Assembly: GCA_973895155.1 (NCBI GenBank) | Contig: OZ316894.1 | Span: 13,511,580-13,575,579 of the forward strand | DNA: 64,000 nt | Direction of reading: 5' to 3' | Source of the DNA: Marsupella aquatica | Taxonomy: Eukaryota; Plantae; Marchantiophyta | In this document: one piece after another, positions 59,793-64,000 of the stretch | Numbering within the stretch: the first letter of the stretch is position 1 | Layout of the letters: the number at the start of each line of letters is the position of its first letter | Notes under the pieces: generated by a model | What the model was told of the DNA's origin: nothing | Database searches by the model: none | What the model saw: the letters and a program-made list of their open reading frames with translations, nothing else | Translations under genes and position numbers: made by a program

Positions 59793-62700
59793 CGCGCAGA
59801 GTTATCGTTGATGCTGTTGGAGAAGTTTGTGGTCCTAAGCTTGAGGTGTGGAGAGGCGGAATTCAGGGGATGGGGACGAGAAGAAACTGGGATTCTGAGG
59901 AAGTACACAAAAAGGGGGAGGTCGTTGTTGTTATGAAAATAAGATTGAATTTTTTTGTAGCATGAAAAATTGATCGGCTGATGAAGGGCAAAGGGGACTA
60001 AAAGGTTCAGTGTTACTGTCTTGCCGTGAAGCTGATAGGTATTGTGTGTAGAGCCTTGGGGATTTTCGGGAAGGAAGGCGGAGGCGCACGAGATTTTTTT
60101 TGGTGAGTTGAGAGTGAAGCAGCGGAATGGTAGCAGTGTGCGTGTGCTTCGAGTGAGTGGTGAGGAAGATCTTTCCTCTTCAACAACAACGATTGAATCC
60201 TGTAATGCAAGGAGCGATGGACATTCTATCGTGGAAGGAGAATGGGGAAAAGGAAACGGCCAATTGTGGGCATTGTCTCGTGGTGATTATTGAACGATTT
60301 TTGTGAACAAATGAGAAGGAAATGTTGCTGAACGTTGAAGGAGTAAGCTTCGCTACAATGAGAAAGGTCTTAGAGGCTGGGGATGACAGGAGCATAGAAG
60401 CTCATAAAGATCAAAGTACAGACGGAGAAACGGCATTGGAGAAGCTTGACTTTCGTTGTTATCGTTTGAGGACTTTTCTCGAGAGAACAGGTCAGATTGA
60501 GATCCAGGAAGAGAAACGGCAGAGCTTTGTCATGGTGGAAAAATAAAATAAAACATGTGTGCTGAAAGTCTGAGCTATGATGAAGGTAAAGAGGACTGGA
60601 GATCAAAGTGAAAAGGACATGTGATAAAGATCCAAGAATGAATTCTAAGAACGTTGTTGCTGAACAATGATGTGGGAGGTTTAATTTTGTGGACGGCAAG
60701 GAGGGATGGGTGATAGAATTGTGAAAGGTGATCGGGAGGAAAGAAATTCAGAGGCAAGGAAATAAATTTGCGTTGAAGGCTGAGTTCGGGAGAAAAAGGG
60801 AGTCAGGTTGAGGAAAAAGGAACGAAACTCACGGAAAATTAAAGTAAAGGGACACTCTAGTGATGGGGATAGACAGTCTGTACAAGAAGAAAAGAATTGA
60901 ACCGAATGTGGTGCCAAACGCCTTGAACCAAGAAGGGAGGGGAAAACAAATGCTTAATTAAGATGAATTAAGAAGAGAAAGAAGACTACGCGGAGTCTGA
61001 GAACGGAAAAGGGATGCTGACTTGCTGATCCATCAATGACGATGTTAGAAGTGGGAAGATGATCTGACACATTGAAGCAAGTTTAATGGTAGTGAGGGAT
61101 TGGTGTTCATGGTGAGATTCATTTGAAAACAGACCTAAGGAAGAGAGTCCGTCGTGACAGGAGGAATGAGAAGAAACGAAACAAAAAGTGAAAGCGACTT
61201 CTGAAGGTTGAAAGAAATAATACAAGCTGAATGGAAGTTCTTTTTTTGTCTGGGAAGAGCAAGTCTATGGAGTTAAAGCTGACAAAAATTCAGCTAGGGA
61301 AAGAGGAGAAAAGAGCCGTTTATGGAATTAATCAAGAAATTTCAGTTAGAAATATGGATCACTCAGACCGCTTTAGATTTAGTGATGGACCTAACCACCC
61401 AACGCTCTCACCAATCCCAACACTCACGCCTAAGTGCCCTTGGTGCCCGAACGCCTCCACGGAATACCTCGAGCAAGTAAACTAGTGCTCCTTGCACCGC
61501 CAGCGGCCCCTCCCATACAAAGCCGCACTTGCTCTCTAACACGGCCGCTACTCAACGGTCCTCTCTATCTGCACAAGCAACCAAACACCTTGGTAAGTAA
61601 CCCTTCAGGATCTAGAACTCGCCAAGTCTAGCATCCTAATCAAGCTCAACAGACGTTGGTAAATAGGTCAGTGATAGGTCCTTCCGATGCCATAAACCGG
61701 AACCAGAACCCACGTCCACTATTCATCCAGAATAGCTCCTTCCTTGGGCGCGGCCCGGGTTCCCCCTCGTACCTATCCATCACCAACTGACCGCCTTGAC
61801 CTCAGGATATGCTCATGGCCCAAATAGCGTAGCTTGTCCTCAAGCTTATCCCAAGCTTGTCCCAACACGTCGGGACCAAAATGGCCCCGACCCTAGAATC
61901 CACTCCCGGTTCACCTCACTGATGGTCTAGGGGCCGAACACTCTTGGGACTCAACCTCCACACCTACTTGGCCTTGCCTCCCCAACGCAAGCTCCCTTGG
62001 GAGATTGAACGTGACTTGGCTGCTGTTCGGCAGGATTTGGCAAGCGGGCGAGTTAACACCCACAAACCCCAAGACCCCAAGGTAACCCTAGACCCAGCTG
62101 AGCTCAACAGGGCGTAGCCCTCCTCAGGAGGTTTCCAACGCACCCAGGAAGTCCTCCAACGGACTTCCCGTTGGGAAGATATCGCCATTTCTATTTGACG
62201 GTTTCCCTTAGTGTCGCGACCACCGCGGCTCACGACTTCGGCTCGCCCTTAGCCCCCATGGAGACACCACTCCCCTCATATATGCTTCTGCAGACCTGCC
62301 ACCCCTGGACCAGCTTTGGTCCCTAAACATTTGGCCCCCAACCCAGATCCTATCACGCATAATGGGCGCGCCACCAACTGGCAACGCCCATAACTTTCTC
62401 GTTAGGCATCCGCAAGCGGAGTGCCTTAGCCCGTTGTGATCGGGCTGACCCAGTGCTCATGCCTAGGCCCTCAGGTTTGATTGCCGCTCGGGGCCCCCGC
62501 CCAGCCCAACCCGGATCGGGCCATAACTTGCGTCCCAAGTGTCCGTTGCCCATGGCGTCAACTCCATTGGCCTTGGGCCCAAGAGGAGCTCACACTCAAG
62601 CCCTCAAAACTCACAGCCCATCCGGAGGTCTGGACAACCATCCTTGAGCCCGGCTCATTTCCCCTTGACCCGACCAGCTCTCAACTAGTCCAAGTCCTTA

Positions 62701-63689
62701 GTGTGTGTCACCAGCTTGGCTCCTTGCCTCGCTAGCGCTACGTCTCGTTGCCCACAAGTCTCCCCATGCTAAGTGCTCCCCGGATGGCCTCCGGGCCTAG
62801 ACCATAAAGGAGCTCGGCATTGGAGTCAGCGACGCCGGAGCTAAGTGTTAAGGTAGTCGAGTTCCGCGACTGATTTGATGTTTTGGAGCTTTAGTAGTGA
62901 CTTTGAAATAAGGAAGTTATATTCTTTTGATGAGTGGAACCCGGTGATTGGATCAATTTTTAGATTAGGAACTATCCGTGCCATGGGGTTTGAAGATTCT
63001 GGCCGTAGGTTTTTCTTGTTGTGGGATTGGAAAGTTGAGAGAAAGAGGAAAGGAGGGCTTGAAGAAGAGGCCCGGGAAGTGAAGAAGAGAAATGAAGACA
63101 AAAAAGAGGCTCATCGGCGAATGAGGCTCTATAGCAAATGTCTGGGCAAAACAATTGACGACTGACCTGATGAACTGAGACTGACCTGAGCTGAAATGAC
63201 ATTGGAAATCTAGAGTTTGAGACAGCCAAAAAGCCATGTAACTTCAATCCTAAGAAATAAATGGGTGGGTTACCCATTAAGATTGATTGCAACTCTTGAA
63301 TTTAAAAATTGGAATGGATGTTAGAACAAAGTAAATGGATGGAAAGAATTTATTTTAAAAGGTTTTCATTTGAACTAAGCTTAAGGGAGGATTATGTATT
63401 AAATTTAAAAACAAAGTATGAACTTAGAGAAACTTTAGAAACTAGTGGTTAAAAAATAGGGTAAAAATAAAATACAATAGAATAAACCAAAAAGTGCATG
63501 TAAAATTCTTAAAAGAACTTATGTTTAGACTTTTGAAATGCCTTTGTTAGAAACTTAGATGAAACTAGTGAATGAGATTTGATAAAAGATAAAGTATTTA
63601 GAAAGTGATTTAGACTTATCTTCAAATCAAACCCTGAGAAACTATAGAAACTAGTTTTCAGACCGCTTCAAACGGTTCCCCGGACAGCG

Positions 63690-63930
63690 TGAGCTTTGGG
63701 GAGCAAATTGTGCCCTCAAACAAGAAAAAGATTACTTGATAGGAGCGTATGTAGTTCTTCAGACCGATTGTCTTCCTTTGCTTGGAATGATTGTCGATTG
63801 TGATACCCCTGATATTGCCATGCTTAGATGGATAGCCTTCATTTGAATTTTCAATCCTCAATTAGAGCATATCATGGGAAAGGACAATCTGGTGGTAGAC
63901 ATGCTTTCAAGAGCTAGGTTTGAAGATTGT
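63690..63930 (+). pseudogene. pol: Gypsy RNase H C-terminal fragment
   Basis: KQEKDYLIGAYVVLQTDCLPLLGMI..PDIAMLRWIAFI*IFNPQLEHIMGKDNLVVDMLSR. Confidence 0.8.
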
Positions 63931-64000
63931 GAGTCATATGTGAATATAGATAGGTGTGTGTGTGTGTGTTGCAAGTCAACAAAAAATGAGTGTTTGAGAG

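Noticed and set aside
60000-63650. Short ORFs and a PBS-like TGGTGCCAAA at ~60909
   Set aside because: No recognisable domains, termini or TSD; probably decayed retroelement sequence that I cannot delimit.

Overview
Eukaryotic, plant-like, transposon-saturated window; no host gene, rRNA, tRNA or CRISPR array was recognised. A non-seed plant source is a guess from element types. 1-29 kb is a nest: a Copia 5' fragment is cut by a CACTA end, followed by two Bianca-like Copia elements (one internally deleted) and three multi-kb solo LTRs with clean 5-bp TSDs. About 29.5-41.1 kb looks like a large cargo-carrying Mutator-like DNA transposon. It encodes a spliced GCM-like/MULE-DDE/SWIM transposase, a divergent spliced ParB/Srx-like (DGNHR) gene, a degenerate N4/N6 DNA-methyltransferase-like gene and small ORFs. 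It is punctuated by a recurrent 18-bp palindrome (RCTAGCGA-NN-TCGCTAGY) in introns and intergenic gaps. 41.1-54.8 kb is a Ty3/Gypsy element whose 4.0-kb LTRs each carry an ~878-codon gene; a homologous gene lies in a second, divergent 4.7-kb solo-LTR family (7.4-12.1 kb). 54.8-64 kb is a partial inverted LTR of the same family plus a decayed Gypsy. All calls are by eye from motifs, frames and junctions; no database search was run.
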